Made by a program: the position numbers and the translations under genes. From the NCBI GenBank assembly GCA_040954595.2, contig CM082598.2, positions 10,183,097 through 10,247,096 of the forward strand: a DNA stretch of 64,000 nucleotides, given 5' to 3'. Below, one piece after another: positions 13,986 through 26,212 of the stretch (position 1 is its first letter; the number at the start of each line of letters is the position of its first letter). The stretch comes from Balanoglossus misakiensis. Its lineage: Eukaryota > Animalia > Hemichordata. Under the pieces are notes generated by a model. The model ran no database searches, was not told the DNA's origin, and saw only the letters and a list, made by a program, of their open reading frames with translations.

Positions 13986-15254
13986 TTAAGCTGAAAGTCG
14001 GCACAGAATAAATTTGAAATTCAATTGGCTACAAAAATTGACTTTTCTGCCATTCTGAGATCTCCATGCTGAGCTCAATTATGTTGCTGCTTCATATAGT
14101 GGTCAGCAATAAAAACTTACTACTGTTACAGTGGTTATACATGTAACTCTTATTAAATGTTTTTTTTTTCTTGTTTTATCATGAAATCTGACAATATCAC
14201 GAAATCTGACTGTGGGTGGCACGACAGAATAAAACTGGTTTTCGTCTCAACTTTTGTACATGTAGTGACACAATGAAAGAATGACAGAGAAACTGCTAAC
14301 AGACAGATTATTATATATTTTTTTACCTTTTCATGTCACTTTTATAAAACACTGCATGGCAACAAATGTGAACCATGAACAATTTGCAAGACAATGAACT
14401 AGAAGTTGAACGAGATTTGAAGACCTGCTCTGGAAGTAATTGATTGACACTCACCCATGAGTAAGATTCCGCATGGGGCTGTGTGGCTTTCTTCAAGTAA
14501 TTGTAGAATATATGTAACATGGATGTCAGTGTACATAGTGTTGGTCTGGTCGGCACTGGTGTCTCTACACAGCATGGAGCTGAGTATGGTGGGCCTTTCT
14601 ACAATCAACTGAGCTAAATCCTAGAATCAGAAAGGCAGCAGTGAAGTAAAATCAAATATGTTTGTCAAAACAACAACAACAATAACAACACACATAATCA
14701 TATTCAAATAAAAATCACTTGGTTCATGCTTAGAACTTTCTATATAAACTTACTCTTTTTTTTTGCACATACTCCAATGAAAATACTGTTTGATATATAG
14801 ATCACAGACTTTTGCATTTTCAACTGTTTTTGTTCTAATACTATTTGTGTGTAGCCCTCACCCAGAACCTGTATGTATGTTTCACAATCATATGTCTTTA
14901 TTTGTTTCTACCAGAGGTCTCCACGACTCATACTGGAAATACACAAATCATCATCTTACCAATGCAAGGTCGGCCATTTCATGAAGCTGATTGGTCGAAG
15001 AGTATTTGGAGAGGAACATGATGTACGCACTGATGGTGAGTGGCTCTGTTTCCATCTGGCAAGTCTGTGGTAATAATCACATGGTTCTCTAGAAGTCAGT
15101 CTCGGTTGGCCAACTTACCAGGAAAATCATGCTATTAATCAATAATTAGCATGTAACATGAAAACCATTTTACACCCTAATTACTTCAACATTCTGTACG
15201 TAGTAGATGCTGGAACTAGCAATGACAGAAGCACAAACATGCATAGACAAAATG

Positions 15255-15719
15255 CAGTGTTGCCGCCAGACTGTTTTTGCGTCATTTGACGCACATTTTT
15301 ACATTTTGTATAGAGTCATCAGTGACGCACTCTGAGCGCTCTCTGAGCGCTTGCTTTGAACTGACCTCGCTACAGCAACGGCCGGACACGACCTGATCTA
15401 CGTAAATAAAAGTGTATTTGCATGCGACTTTGCAACTCAAAATGTTGCAACTTGTACGTTTTGGGCACTAAAAATAAAATCAGCGTCGGAGCTAGCTCTG
15501 CGTGGCTGGGCTGTGTTGTTACCGCGAGCCCTCCACCCACAGCCCTGCAAAGCTCCATAGACAAAACTGGCGAAACTTCGCGGATTTGTATCGGAAGGGT
15601 CTCCTTACCAAAAACTGCCGATTTCGAACTCAAAACGTGCTTCGATCTTCGGCACTGGCCTCGAGTACTCCAGTCGCTGATTGCTTGCGTTAAGACCCAT
15701 TTTCGATGTTTATGCGAGA
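15255..15719. mobile_element. CpG-rich insert starting with a hAT-like terminus (one end only)
   Basis: Begins CAGTGTTGCCGCCAG, is compositionally distinct from the flanking introns, and abuts a truncated INTS1 exon at 15720. No partner TIR is found. Confidence 0.3.
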
Positions 15720-16015
15720 AGCCACCAAACGGAATCTCTTTGAATGACAGAAACCTGTTTATGGAAAGTCTGTAAGACTTCAGTTTCTGATGTAAAAAAC
15801 AAAACAAAAACATATTGTTATGGAGTGAGCTGATCCCAAGGATACAAACATGTTATTGTAGTTACATACCAGTAGTTCACAAACATAAAATATCAGAAGT
15901 TTACAAGAATTTTCTCACCAGTTTTCAAGTTTTTAAAATCAGCAATGCTGTTCTCCAGAAGTAATTGATAAAGCTTTCTATGACAAGTGACATTTTAAGA
16001 CAGCACAGGTGGTAA

Positions 16016-16072
16016 ATCAATTTTGTAGGATAAATTTCAATTTTGTAGGACAAATTTCAATTTTGTAGGACA
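16016..16072. repeat. 20 bp tandem repeat x3 (copy at 19464-19522)
   Basis: (AAATTTCAATTTTGTAGGAC/T) x ~3. Confidence 0.85.
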
Positions 16073-18722
16073 ATCAAGTACTTTCCAGCAAATTTTACAA
16101 ACTCAAGAAATTCCAAGAAATGTTGAAACCCTGAGATCAGGATTTGGGAAGTTACAGAATTTTCGTTTGCTATACAATGCAGTTTTAATTCTTTTGCAAA
16201 GGAAATGTAGGGCCCGCAGCAATAATTTTGATAAAATTTACCATGTGCCAAACCAGAGACTATGGTTACAATAATTGTATATAGTCAGTGCCATAAGGCA
16301 GTATGCTGTCCTAACAACGGACAAGATGGTGGCAACCATAGTCTCTGTCGGAGATCAGGAAAAGAGAACAAATAATGGGTGAAAAGACAGGACAAAACTA
16401 AAGTCTGATTATACGCTGTGCATAAAATATGGAAGGAAGCAAAGGCAGTCCACTATTTTGAATGTGTCAAATGCAAAATTTGCTGAACATTTGGATTGGA
16501 CGTAATGTTTGTACACACGATATTGCACCCATTCTAAAATTGTTGGATCAACTTTTATTTTGTAATTTCTCAAAATACCGAATGATAGGATTTAAAGGCT
16601 GCATATCGTTTATTATGTACGTCTGTAAACTTGAGTGATTTTCTATCTCAGGAAGTTGGTAATCGGAAAATATTTCTGTCAACATTTGAATATTGGTCAG
16701 TTGACTCAAAATAAAAATATTGAGGTGATATGCACAGTGGTTTTCACGTTTTTGATGTGGACGGACGGACAGACATACATCCATACATAGATAGATACAG
16801 ATGCAACCAATCCTATAAGGTCCCAATGGGACCTAAAAAGCCACAATGCTCAATTTGAGTCTTTGGCTTTCAACAGCTGTAAGCTGACATTTTTACCTGA
16901 CGTTGGATGACATCCAGGAGGAAGTCTGGTCCTCAGCTTCTGCACAGCAAATGACCGATCTTCAAGGTTTGGTTGAGATTCTTCAACTGTTCCATGACCT
17001 GTGAGGGCAGTCTTCTTGCAACACCACTGTGAGGAAGAAATCAAGGACAGGTATCAGACATTCCGGTTGCCACAATGGGGGTTTGAAAACCCAGTATATT
17101 CCAGCTGTGTTCATGTGTTGGTACTTATTTTTAAAGTCTGTTTGAACCATTGCTTTCAAAACAGTCCCTGTGCATAAATGCTCTTTTGATGGTCCTAAGA
17201 CTGTCAATTTATCATACATGCAACGCCTGCATTTGCCACTGTGCTATTGTTCTAACGGTGAAGATATGAGCTTGTATTTTCACTGGTGAAAATACAGAAA
17301 CAGATTTTCACTGTGTGCCCAGAACTATTTTTGAGAATGTGCTGAATCAGTGGACTATCTCAACAGAGCGTCATGTAATATCAAAATCAGATGCAATTTT
17401 GTTGGGTTATAGATATGTGAGGCCACATTATTTCACAAGACTTGAAACTCGTAGATTAAAATCACATCATCGGCCCACTACTGCAGTACAGCGTTAAAAT
17501 TGTATAGCCAACGGATTGTACGCTTTTCAGTATGTTCAGATTGCGATCGCTCAAGAATTTCCAGCTGTAGTCCAAAAATCCACAGAATACAGAATTAGGT
17601 CTTATGATGTGCTAGGTTCCAATTTCTAGACGTGAAATCGTTTATCTGGGCGCATGTTGACTGAATAAAAAGTCAAACTTACTGTGGATCCATTCCTGTT
17701 AACTGAGCCAGCAACAAACTAGTGCTCTCATCAATATGCATATGAGTGGAGGCTGCTGCCAAATGACTTTCAAACTCCAAGATATCTTGTTTCTCTATTT
17801 TGGCAAGCTAAATCAATAAAGGGATAAATGCAAATGATATGACAAGTGAAGTCTTGTCTGTATACAGACAGGGACACGTCTACATGTATTTATACTTAAT
17901 TCTAAGTCAAGTTCTTTGAGTACAATCCCTGACACCCTCAAAGTTCCATATACATAATAAGGCACTCACTTTGTCATACACATTTCCATCATACACTTCA
18001 ACATCGGATACTCCTCCCATGCTTTGTGGCCTGAAAGAGAGAAATCAAATCATTTCTGTGATTTTGAAAACAAGATGTGACACTATCTACAGAATGATGT
18101 CTTAGCAATGAACATTGAATTTGATTGAATGTGAGTCCATAGTTGATACTTACCAATGTTTGCCGGGTTAAATGCTGAAACAACAAGTAAAAGCAACCAG
18201 CCCTTCCAGTACAGGTTGGAAATCGCCAGCTGTGGTGTTTGGTATCTGTTGATATCAAAATATCAAATACTCTTGTATTAAAGTAAAGACAGAAAGACGG
18301 GGATTCGGATTAACGTGTGTTTGTATAGTTGTTTATTTGGGAGTGGTCGTCGTGCATAATGACTGTGTAATTGATCTCATGTACATAGAAAATAATTGAA
18401 CACTTTACACCTCTATGCGATTGACAGCTGTTTGAATGGCGTGGTTATTGTTTCCCAGGGACGCTTCTGAAAAGCACTGAAACCAGATTTCTCCCAAAAT
18501 CATCGTTGTTTCAAAAGCTCGTGTATTTTTCGTCGATAACTTTATGCTGTGTGTGTTTATAAAGCCAACTTCTGTCGTTGTGTGGTGTAATTCTTTATGC
18601 TTGGACCTGTTTGGGCCGATTTTCATAGAGCCAAGATCGTTGGTGTTGTCTGTTGTCAGTCAAATGGCATTAAGGTTCGCCACTGATTTGGGGGGTCTTT
18701 TATACCCCTCACCGGGGTTTAA

Positions 18723-19045
18723 AGGGCGACAATCATCTAATGCACATGTGCCGAACCAGAGACTCTGATTACAAAAAATGTACACAGTCAATGCCACAAG
18801 GCAGTGTGCTGTCCTAACAACAGACAAGATGGCGGCGACATATTCTATGTCAGAGATCGGGAAAAGACAGCAAATTGGGTGAAAAGAAGGGACAAAACTT
18901 AAGTCTACTTGTACGGTGTGCATGAATTATGGAAGGAAGCGAAGGCAGTCCACATTTTGAATGCAAAATTTGAAGAACATATGGATTGGATGCAATGTTT
19001 GTATACACGAAATTAGGCACATGTGCATAAGACAATCCTCGGCCT
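18723..19045 (+). mobile_element. ~320 bp older dispersed TTAA MITE family
   Basis: TTAA-AGGGCGACAATCATCTAATGCACATGTG ... CACATGTGCATAAGACAATCCTCGGCCT. Duplicate at 22986-23308. Diverged relatives lie at ~16245-16530 and ~19695-19980 (+) and at ~12710-12840, ~49540-49784 and ~60170-60411 (-). Confidence 0.75.
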
Positions 19046-22000
19046 TTGAAACTTCACCAACGTACAACCAAACCATGTTTTCCAAGTGCTTTGAACTCAA
19101 ACTTGAATTGTTACCTGCGTACGTAGTCGCTGGTGTTGACTTTAAACATTGTTGGTACTATGGTGTGCAGCCACCAAACAGAAACTCTTTGAATGACAGA
19201 AACCTGTTCATGGAAAGTCTGTAAGACTTCAGTTTCTGATGTAAAAAAACAAAACAAAAACATATTGTTATGGAGTGAGCTGATCCCAAGGAAAGAAACC
19301 TGTTATTGTAGTTACATACCAGTAGTTCACAAACATAAAATTCCAGAAGTTTACAAGAATTTTCTCACCAGTTTTCAAGTTTTTAAAATCAGCAATGCTG
19401 TTCTCCAGAAGTAATTGATAAAGCTTTCTATGACAAGTGACATTTTAAGACAGCACAGGTGGTAAATCAATTTTGTAGGATAAATTTCAATTTTGTAGGA
19501 CAAATTTCAATTTTGTAGGACAATCAAGTACTTTCCAGCAAATTTTACAAACTCAAGAAATTCCAAGAAATGTTGAAACCCTGAGATCAGGATTTGGGAA
19601 GTTACAGAATTTTCGTTTGCTATACAATGCAGTTTTAATTCTTTTGCAAAGGAAATGTAGGGCCCGCAGCAATAATTTTGATAAAATTTACCATGTGCCA
19701 AACCAGAGACTATGGTTACAATAATTGTATATAGTCAGTGCCATAAGGCAGTATGCTGTCCTAACAACGGACAAGATGGTGGCAACCATAGTCTCTGTCG
19801 GAGATCAGGAAAAGAGAACAAATAATGGGTGAAAAGACAGGACAAAACTAAAGTCTGATTATACGCTGTGCATAAAATATGGAAGGAAGCAAAGGCAGTC
19901 CACTATTTTGAATGTGTCAAATGCAAAATTTGCTGAACATTTGGATTGGACGTAATGTTTGTACACACGATATTGCACCCATTCTAAAATTGTTGGATCA
20001 ACTTTTATTTTGTAATTTCTCAAAATACCGAATGATAGGATTTAAAGGCTGCATATCGTTTATTATGTACGTCTGTAAACTTGAGTGATTTTCTATCTCA
20101 GGAAGTTGGTAATCGGAAAATATTTCTGTCAACATTTGAATATTGGTCAGTTGACTCAAAATAAAAATATTGAGGTGATATGCACAGTGGTTTTCACGTT
20201 TTTGATGTGGACGGACGGACAGACATACATCCATACATAGATAGATACAGATGCAACCAATCCTATAAGGTCCCAATGGGACCTAAAAAGCCACAATGCT
20301 CAATTTGAGTCTTTGGCTTTCAACAGCTGTAAGCTGACATTTTTACCTGACGTTGGATGACATCCAGGAGGAAGTCTGGTCCTCAGCTTCTGCACAGCAA
20401 ATGACCGATCTTCAAGGTTTGGTTGAGATTCTTCAACTGTTCCATGACCTGTGAGGGCAGTCTTCTTGCAACACCACTGTGAGGAAGAAATCAAGGACAG
20501 GTATCAGACATTCCGGTTGCCACAATGGGGGTTTGAAAACCCAGTATATTCCAGCTGTGTTCATGTGTTGGTACTTATTTTTAAAGTCTGTTTGAACCAT
20601 TGCTTTCAAAACAGTCCCTGTGCATAAATGCTCTTTTGATGGTCCTAAGACTGTCAATTTATCATACATGCAACGCCTGCATTTGCCACTGTGCTATTGT
20701 TCTAACTGTGAAGATATGAGCTTGTATTTTCACTGGTGAAAATACAGAAACAGATTTTCACTGTGTGCCCAGAACTATTTTGAGAATGTGCTGAATCAGT
20801 GGACTATCTCAACAGAGCGTCATGTAATATCAAAATCAGATGCAATTTTGTTGGGTTATAGATATATAAGGCCACATTATTTCACAAGACTTGAAACTCG
20901 TAGATTAAAATCACATCATCGGCCCACTACTGCAGTACAGTGTTAAAATTGTATAGCCAACGGATTGTACGCTTTTCAGTATGTTCAGATTGCGATCACT
21001 CAAGAATTTCCAGCTGTAGTCCAAAAATCCACAGAATACAGAATTAGGTCTTATGATGTGCTAGGTTCAAATTTCTAGCCGTGAAATCGTTTATCTGGGC
21101 GCATGTTGACTGAATAAAAGTCAAACTTACTGTGGATCCATTCCTGTTAACTGAGCCAGCAACAAACTAGTGCTCTCTTCAATATGCATATGAGTGGAGG
21201 CTGCTGCCAAATGACTTTCAAACTCCAAGATATCTTGTTTCTCCATTTGGGCAAGCTAAATCATTAAAGGGATAAATTCAAATGATATGACAAGTGAAGT
21301 CTTGTCTGTATACAGACAGGGACACATCTACATGTATTTATACCGAATTCTAAGTCAAGTTCTTTGAGTACAATCCCTGACATTTTCCTGATTCTATGAT
21401 AATCTGTGCATATTGATTATGTCAGATACCATTGTTACAAATGTGCATGTATCTATATCAAATAGAAGGATAGCAAAACATACATGTAGTTGTTGCCATC
21501 GCCAGAATGAATAGTGACTATAACAACATGAACAAATATGAACATCCTAACATCACAGCAAGTATCATTTGGAATCCATCTATGTACTCCACACAAAGAC
21601 ACTGCACCACAATGTGGAAAACATTGACCAAACCAATACCAATGAAACTGAAAACTAAACGGAAATGCGTATAAACAAGACAAAATATTAACCTGTAATT
21701 CTCTGTTTTTGATTTCCTCTACAGTTCTGTCATCAGTAGCCATGGTTGGTGGTGGAAAATCAAAATTACTGAAACGAGAAAATATGCAATATTGCAAAAT
21801 ATTTGTAAATAATAACACATATGACTTCAAGATTTGATCAGCAAATGATTATGAGTCAATTAGACTACTTCAATTTATTTCTGGTGAATGGTAGATAAAA
21901 CTAGTGAGTAGAGAGATCACTGCAGTCAATATGGTTTGTCTATTATATCATACCACATTTCATGAATAAGTTGAACTTACAACTGCTACCCAGAGATAAG

Positions 22001-23484
22001 CACTCTCAGTTATCATCAATTGTTTTTTGTAAGCACGAGTCGAATGGGCAAGTCACAATAAAAAGTATGCCCCAATTTCAAAGTGCATTCATTTTGTCTG
22101 GCAAGAGGCACGCCAAAAACAATATTATGACCTTGATATTGAACTGTGAGCACTAGTGGTAGAGGACCACTTGTGTTTGTTTGTGATAATCGACTCTCAC
22201 CCTCAAAGTTCCATATATACATAATAAGGCACTCACTTTGTCATACACATTTCCATCATACACTTCAACATCGGATACTCCTCCCATGCTTTATGGCCTG
22301 AAAGAGAGAAATCAAATCATTTCTGTGATTTTGAAAACAAGATGTGACACTATCTACAGAATGATGTCTTAGCAATGAACATTGAATTTGATTGAATGTG
22401 AGTCCATAGTTGAAACTTACCAATGTTTGCCGGGTTAAATGCTGAAACAACATTAAAAGCAACCAGCCCTTCCAGTACAGGTTGGAAATCGCCAGCTGTG
22501 GTGGTTGGTATCTGTTGATATCAAAATATCAAATACTCTTGTAAGTAAAGACAGAAAGACCGGGGATTCGGATTAACGTGTGTTTGTATAGTTGTTTATT
22601 TGGGAGTGGTCGTCGTGCATAATGACTGTGTAATTGATCTCATGTACATAGAAAATAATTGAACACTTTACACCTCTATGCGATTGACAGCTGTTTGAAT
22701 GGCGTGGTTATTGTTTCCCAGGGACGCTTCTGAAAAGCACTGAAACCAGATTTCTCCCAAAATCATCGTTGTTTCAAAAGCTCGCGTATTTTTCGTCGAT
22801 AACTTTATGCTGTGTGTGTTTATAAAGCCAACTTCTGTCGTTGTGTGGTGTAATTCTTTATGCTTGGACCTGTTTGGGCCGATTTTCATAGAGCCAAGAT
22901 CGTTGGTGTTGTCTGTTGTCAGTCAAATGGCATTAAGGTTCGCCACTGATTTGGGGGGTCTTTTATACCCCTCACCGGGGTTTAAAGGGCGACAATCATC
23001 TAATGCACATGTGCCGAACCAGAGACTCTGATTACAAAAAATGTACACAGTCAATGCCACAAGGCAGTGTGCTGTCCTAACAACAGACAAGATGGCGGCG
23101 ACATATTCTATGTCAGAGATCGGGAAAAGACAGCAAATTGGGTGAAAAGAAGGGACAAAACTTAAGTCTACTTGTACGGTGTGCATGAATTATGGAAGGA
23201 AGCGAAGGCAGTCCACATTTTGAATGCAAAATTTGAAGAACATATGGATTGGATGCAATGTTTGTATACACTAAATTAGGCACATGTGCATAAGACAATC
23301 CTCGGCCTTTGAAACTTCACCAACGTACAACCAAACCATGTTTTCCAAGTGCTTTGAACTCAAACTTGAATTGTTACCTGTGTACGTAGTCGCTGGTGTT
23401 GACTTTAAACTCTAGCGCTGGCGCGACATTTGAGTGTATTGTTTACGTCGCAACCAACACTTGCGACCGCCCATTCTTTTTACA

Positions 23485-23691
23485 ATGGTTGTCAAATGCA
23501 GCGTTTTTGGATGTTCCCATCGAAAGGATAGGGAAACCCACTTGCAGTTTTATAGATTGCCTGCCATGATATCAAATCAAGGACCAGAATGTGAAAAGAG
23601 AGACGGCGCGAATGGTTAGCCAGGATCGGCCAAAACTTTGATCATAAGAACCTAGACAACGTCCGGGTTTGTTCGAGTCATTTTTTTAGTG
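23485..23691 (+). pseudogene. Transposase exon 1, THAP zinc finger (frameshifted)
   Basis: ATG at 23485: MVVKCSVFGCSHRKDRETHLQFYRLPAMISNQGPECEK, then a frameshift, then [31 protein letters not shown]|GTAAG. This gives the C2CH THAP signature, completed by exon 2 ([16 protein letters not shown]). It is the only copy retaining the N-terminal CxxxxC. Confidence 0.88.
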
Positions 23692-24067
23692 GTAAGTTTT
23701 ACTGGAAACTTTTGAAACCTTGTTATATCACACACCGAATAAATGTTTCACAACTTGGCATCAACAATATTTACGGATTTGCATTTGGCCGCGACAAAAA
23801 CTCTGCTCGGCACGCTGTTGTTGGGTGCCCTAAACATATGCCCTACCCCTAGCGCTCGGCATGTAAACAATCACAACATGACTGTAAACATCATGCAAAA
23901 ATACAATCTTACTGTCATTTTCCTGTGGATTCAGTCTCCTCCTCGCACTTGTGTGGAGTTTAGGCAACCTATATTGAAACCACGGGCGCTTCTTGACCGG
24001 ATTCGGTGAAAGTTTGAGGCAATTTCTGGCTGTACGCGTGACAGGCTCACAGTATCAACAAACAGTA

Positions 24068-24173
24068 CACGTGTGGTGACAGGTCAAAGGTCAACATTAG
24101 GGATTCCCCGACCTTTATCGCATCTAGTGCGCCCCTAGTGGTAGGACATAACGATTCTCTTTTTCTCTCGCAG
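24068..24173 (+). promoter_or_regulatory. Motif cluster (E-box, DR1, NF-kB site) followed by a splice acceptor, present in every 4.08 kb unit
   Basis: CACGTG at 24068, AGGTCAAAGGTCA at 24081-24093, GGGATTCCCC at 24100-24109, then TTCTCTTTTTCTCTCGCAG ending at 24173. These are motif matches only. Confidence 0.35.
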
Positions 24174-24987
24174 TTATATAGATTGCCTGCCGTGATATCA
24201 AATCAAGGACCAGAATGTGAAAAGAGAGACGGCGCGAATGGTTAGCCAGGATCGGCCAAAACTTTGATCATAAGAACCTAGACAACGTCCGGGTTTGTTA
24301 GAGTCATTTTTTTAGTGGTAAGTTTTACTGGAAACTTTTGAAACCTTGTTATATCACACACCGAATAAATGTTTCACAACTTGGCATTAACAATATTTAC
24401 GGATTTGCATTTGGCCGCGACAAAAACACGCGAATCTGCAGATAACACAACTGAACTTACACTGGCAGCGAGCTGTCGTCGTCGGCCGGCGGCGGTATCG
24501 ATAAACCGTACCGGTGATGCTTAGAGTCAGATATACTTGTTGGTCACGGACATGCATTTCTGTCGACTGAAAAAAACTTTACTTTATGAATTTTTACGGC
24601 TGTTTGAGGAGTCGCACTCATTTGGTAAAGGTCTCACAGCACTCTTTCTATAAAAAATTCTGTAAGTGTTTTGTTTACATTCGCGGGGTCAAACCAGGTC
24701 AGTTTCAATGCTGGGTTCGACAACGCGTAGGAACAATGCAAATTTACGCTGAAAATGATTACACTAAATTTAGGCCCCTGCCTGGAAGTGTGATACCTCG
24801 TTTTGTATTGTTTTTTTTAAAAATGTGTTGCCATACCCATTATCCAGAAATATCAGGAAATGGAATCAAATGCGCCCCTAGCATTAGCGGGTCAAAGGTC
24901 ATGCCATGTGAAAGGAGAACAAGTGTTCTAGATTTCTCTCTCTCTCTCTCTCCCCATATCCATCTCTCTCAACCCCCTGTCCCTTAG

Positions 24988-26212
24988 GTAAAAAGGCAGA
25001 CTTGTACGATAGAAACAACCCAGATTGGGTTCCAACAGTTAATGTAGGGAAGAATACAGATAAGGCAGCTGAGGCTTTAGGCAGATACGATAGATTACAG
25101 ACAAGAAAGAGGAAATTGGAGCAGAAAGAATATGAGCTAGAGGAAGCACAGAAACCCCCCAAACCCCAAAGTGACCCGAACAAATGTAGCCGTGAAACGC
25201 AAACTGATCTCACTGGGTATATGTTGGACTGTATGACCAGTGAGCTGCAGGATTTGAGATCAGACAATCTTATATTGAAACAGAAACTGTCAGAACATGA
25301 AAGTCGATTTTCGGAGGCATATTTTGAAGGCGACGATGAGAAAGCGAAGTTTTTGACTGGGATATCTTCTTTTACTGTTTTAATTACATTATACAATTAT
25401 ATTGCACACTACTTGCCCCCTCGCACATCTCTCGACAAATTTCGAATGTTCATTATGACACTAATGAGGTTACGCTTTAATTTACCAATTCAGTTCTTGT
25501 CTTATGAGTTTTCCGTTTCGTTATCTTCAGTTTCTAGAATTGTTAATATTGTAATTGATGTCATGTATGTAAGAATGAAACCGTTTGTCTTTTGGCCAGA
25601 TCGATTTACAGTAGTTTGCAGAAAACAATGCCCATGAAGTTTCGTAAATATTTTGGTAAAAAATGCATTGTGATAATCGATTGTTTTGAAATATTCATAG
25701 AAAGGTCATCAAATTTAAAAGCTCGGGCAGAAACATGGTCTTCTTATAAACACCACAACACAATTAAGTTTCTCATTGGAATCACTCCTCAAGGTACTGT
25801 CTCATTTATATCCAGGGCTTGGGGTGGGCGGGCTAGTGACAAACATATTACAGAAAACAGTGGGATTCTAGATAATTTATTACCAGGGGATTTAATACTT
25901 GCTGACAGAGGGTTTAATATTGAGGAGAGTGTGGGTTGCTTTTGTGCTCAAATGAAAATTCCTAGTTTTACAAAAGGTAAAAGTCAATTGTCTGCTGTAG
26001 ATGTAGAAACAACAAGAAGAATTGCCAATGTTAGAATACATGTTGAAAGGGTTATTGGGATGGCAAGACAAAAGTATAATATTTTGGGTGGGACACTTCC
26101 TATTAATTTGTTTCTTTCCAAAGATGATGAGGGCAACACAATGATCGACAAAATTGTTCATGTCTGCTGTTCACTGATAAACCTGTGCGAATCTGTTGTT
26201 GATTTTAATTGA
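24988..26212 (+). pseudogene. ISL2EU/Harbinger DDE transposase exon 2, copy 1 (5 bp insertion frameshift)
   Basis: Acceptor CCCTTAG|G at 24987/24988. The ORF is split (25002-25637, 25592-26212) by TA-CAG-TA at 25607-25613. Confidence 0.9.

Larger units (their letters stand above)
121..14970. repeat. Direct tandem segmental duplication (copy A 121-6420, copy B 6421-14970)
   Basis: 121-1100 = 6421-7391; 1101-3550 = ~9899-12335; 5243-5318 = ~12336-12410; 5320-6420 = ~13375-14970 minus a 492 bp insertion. The copies are near-identical by eye. Confidence 0.93.
6563..15064 (-). pseudogene. INTS1: INTS1 middle-region fragment, tandem copy B
   Basis: Exons 14960-15064 (METEPLTISAYIMFLS...DLAL), 14455-14620, 13130-13241 (DQVFIQWQSGEVATMHILVVHAMVILLT), 12523-12681 (AFLVDTSEEALLLPDWLKLRMIRSNVP*LVDA), 12021-12148, 10941-11120, 10179-10311, 8178-8303, 7351-7504, 6563-6814. 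The ATMHILVVHAMVILLT and AFLVDTSEEALLLPDWLKLRMIRS motifs are near-invariant in INTS1. In-frame stops are present. Confidence 0.92.
15720..23410 (-). pseudogene. INTS1: INTS1 upstream-middle exons, tandemly duplicated block
   Basis: Exons 19115-19218 (TFHEQVSVIQRVSVWWLHTIVPTM; partial copies 15720-15769 and 23378-23410), 22421-22511 and 18154-18245 (PQLAISNLYWKGWLLLLVVSAFNPANIG), 21693-21768 (NFDFPPPT...EEIKNRELQ), 21131-21255 and 17683-17807 (EKQDILEFESHLAAAST...LLLAQLTGMDPQ), 20347-20476 and 16897-17026 (LNQTLKIGHLLCRS*GPDFLLDVIQRQ). All match remembered INTS1 segments. Confidence 0.9.
15720..23410. repeat. Direct tandem duplication, period 3450 bp rising to ~4263 bp after an ~0.8 kb indel
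   Basis: Identical ORF-track peptides are offset by 3450 (16057/19507, 16548/19998) and by 4263 (18405/22668). The extra 21383-22200 segment carries the NFDFPPP exon. Confidence 0.93.

Noticed and set aside
263-23410. Functional INTS1 gene
   Set aside because: Stops, frameshifts, missing and duplicated exons, and the C-terminal exons lie on the opposite strand.
24128-24141. CTCF site (CCACTAGGGGCGCA on the minus strand)
   Set aside because: One base short of the core consensus spacing; not supportable from sequence alone.
24899-25396. 165 aa minus-strand ORF and its repeats
   Set aside because: It is the antisense shadow of the transposase, and its recurrence only reflects DNA duplication.
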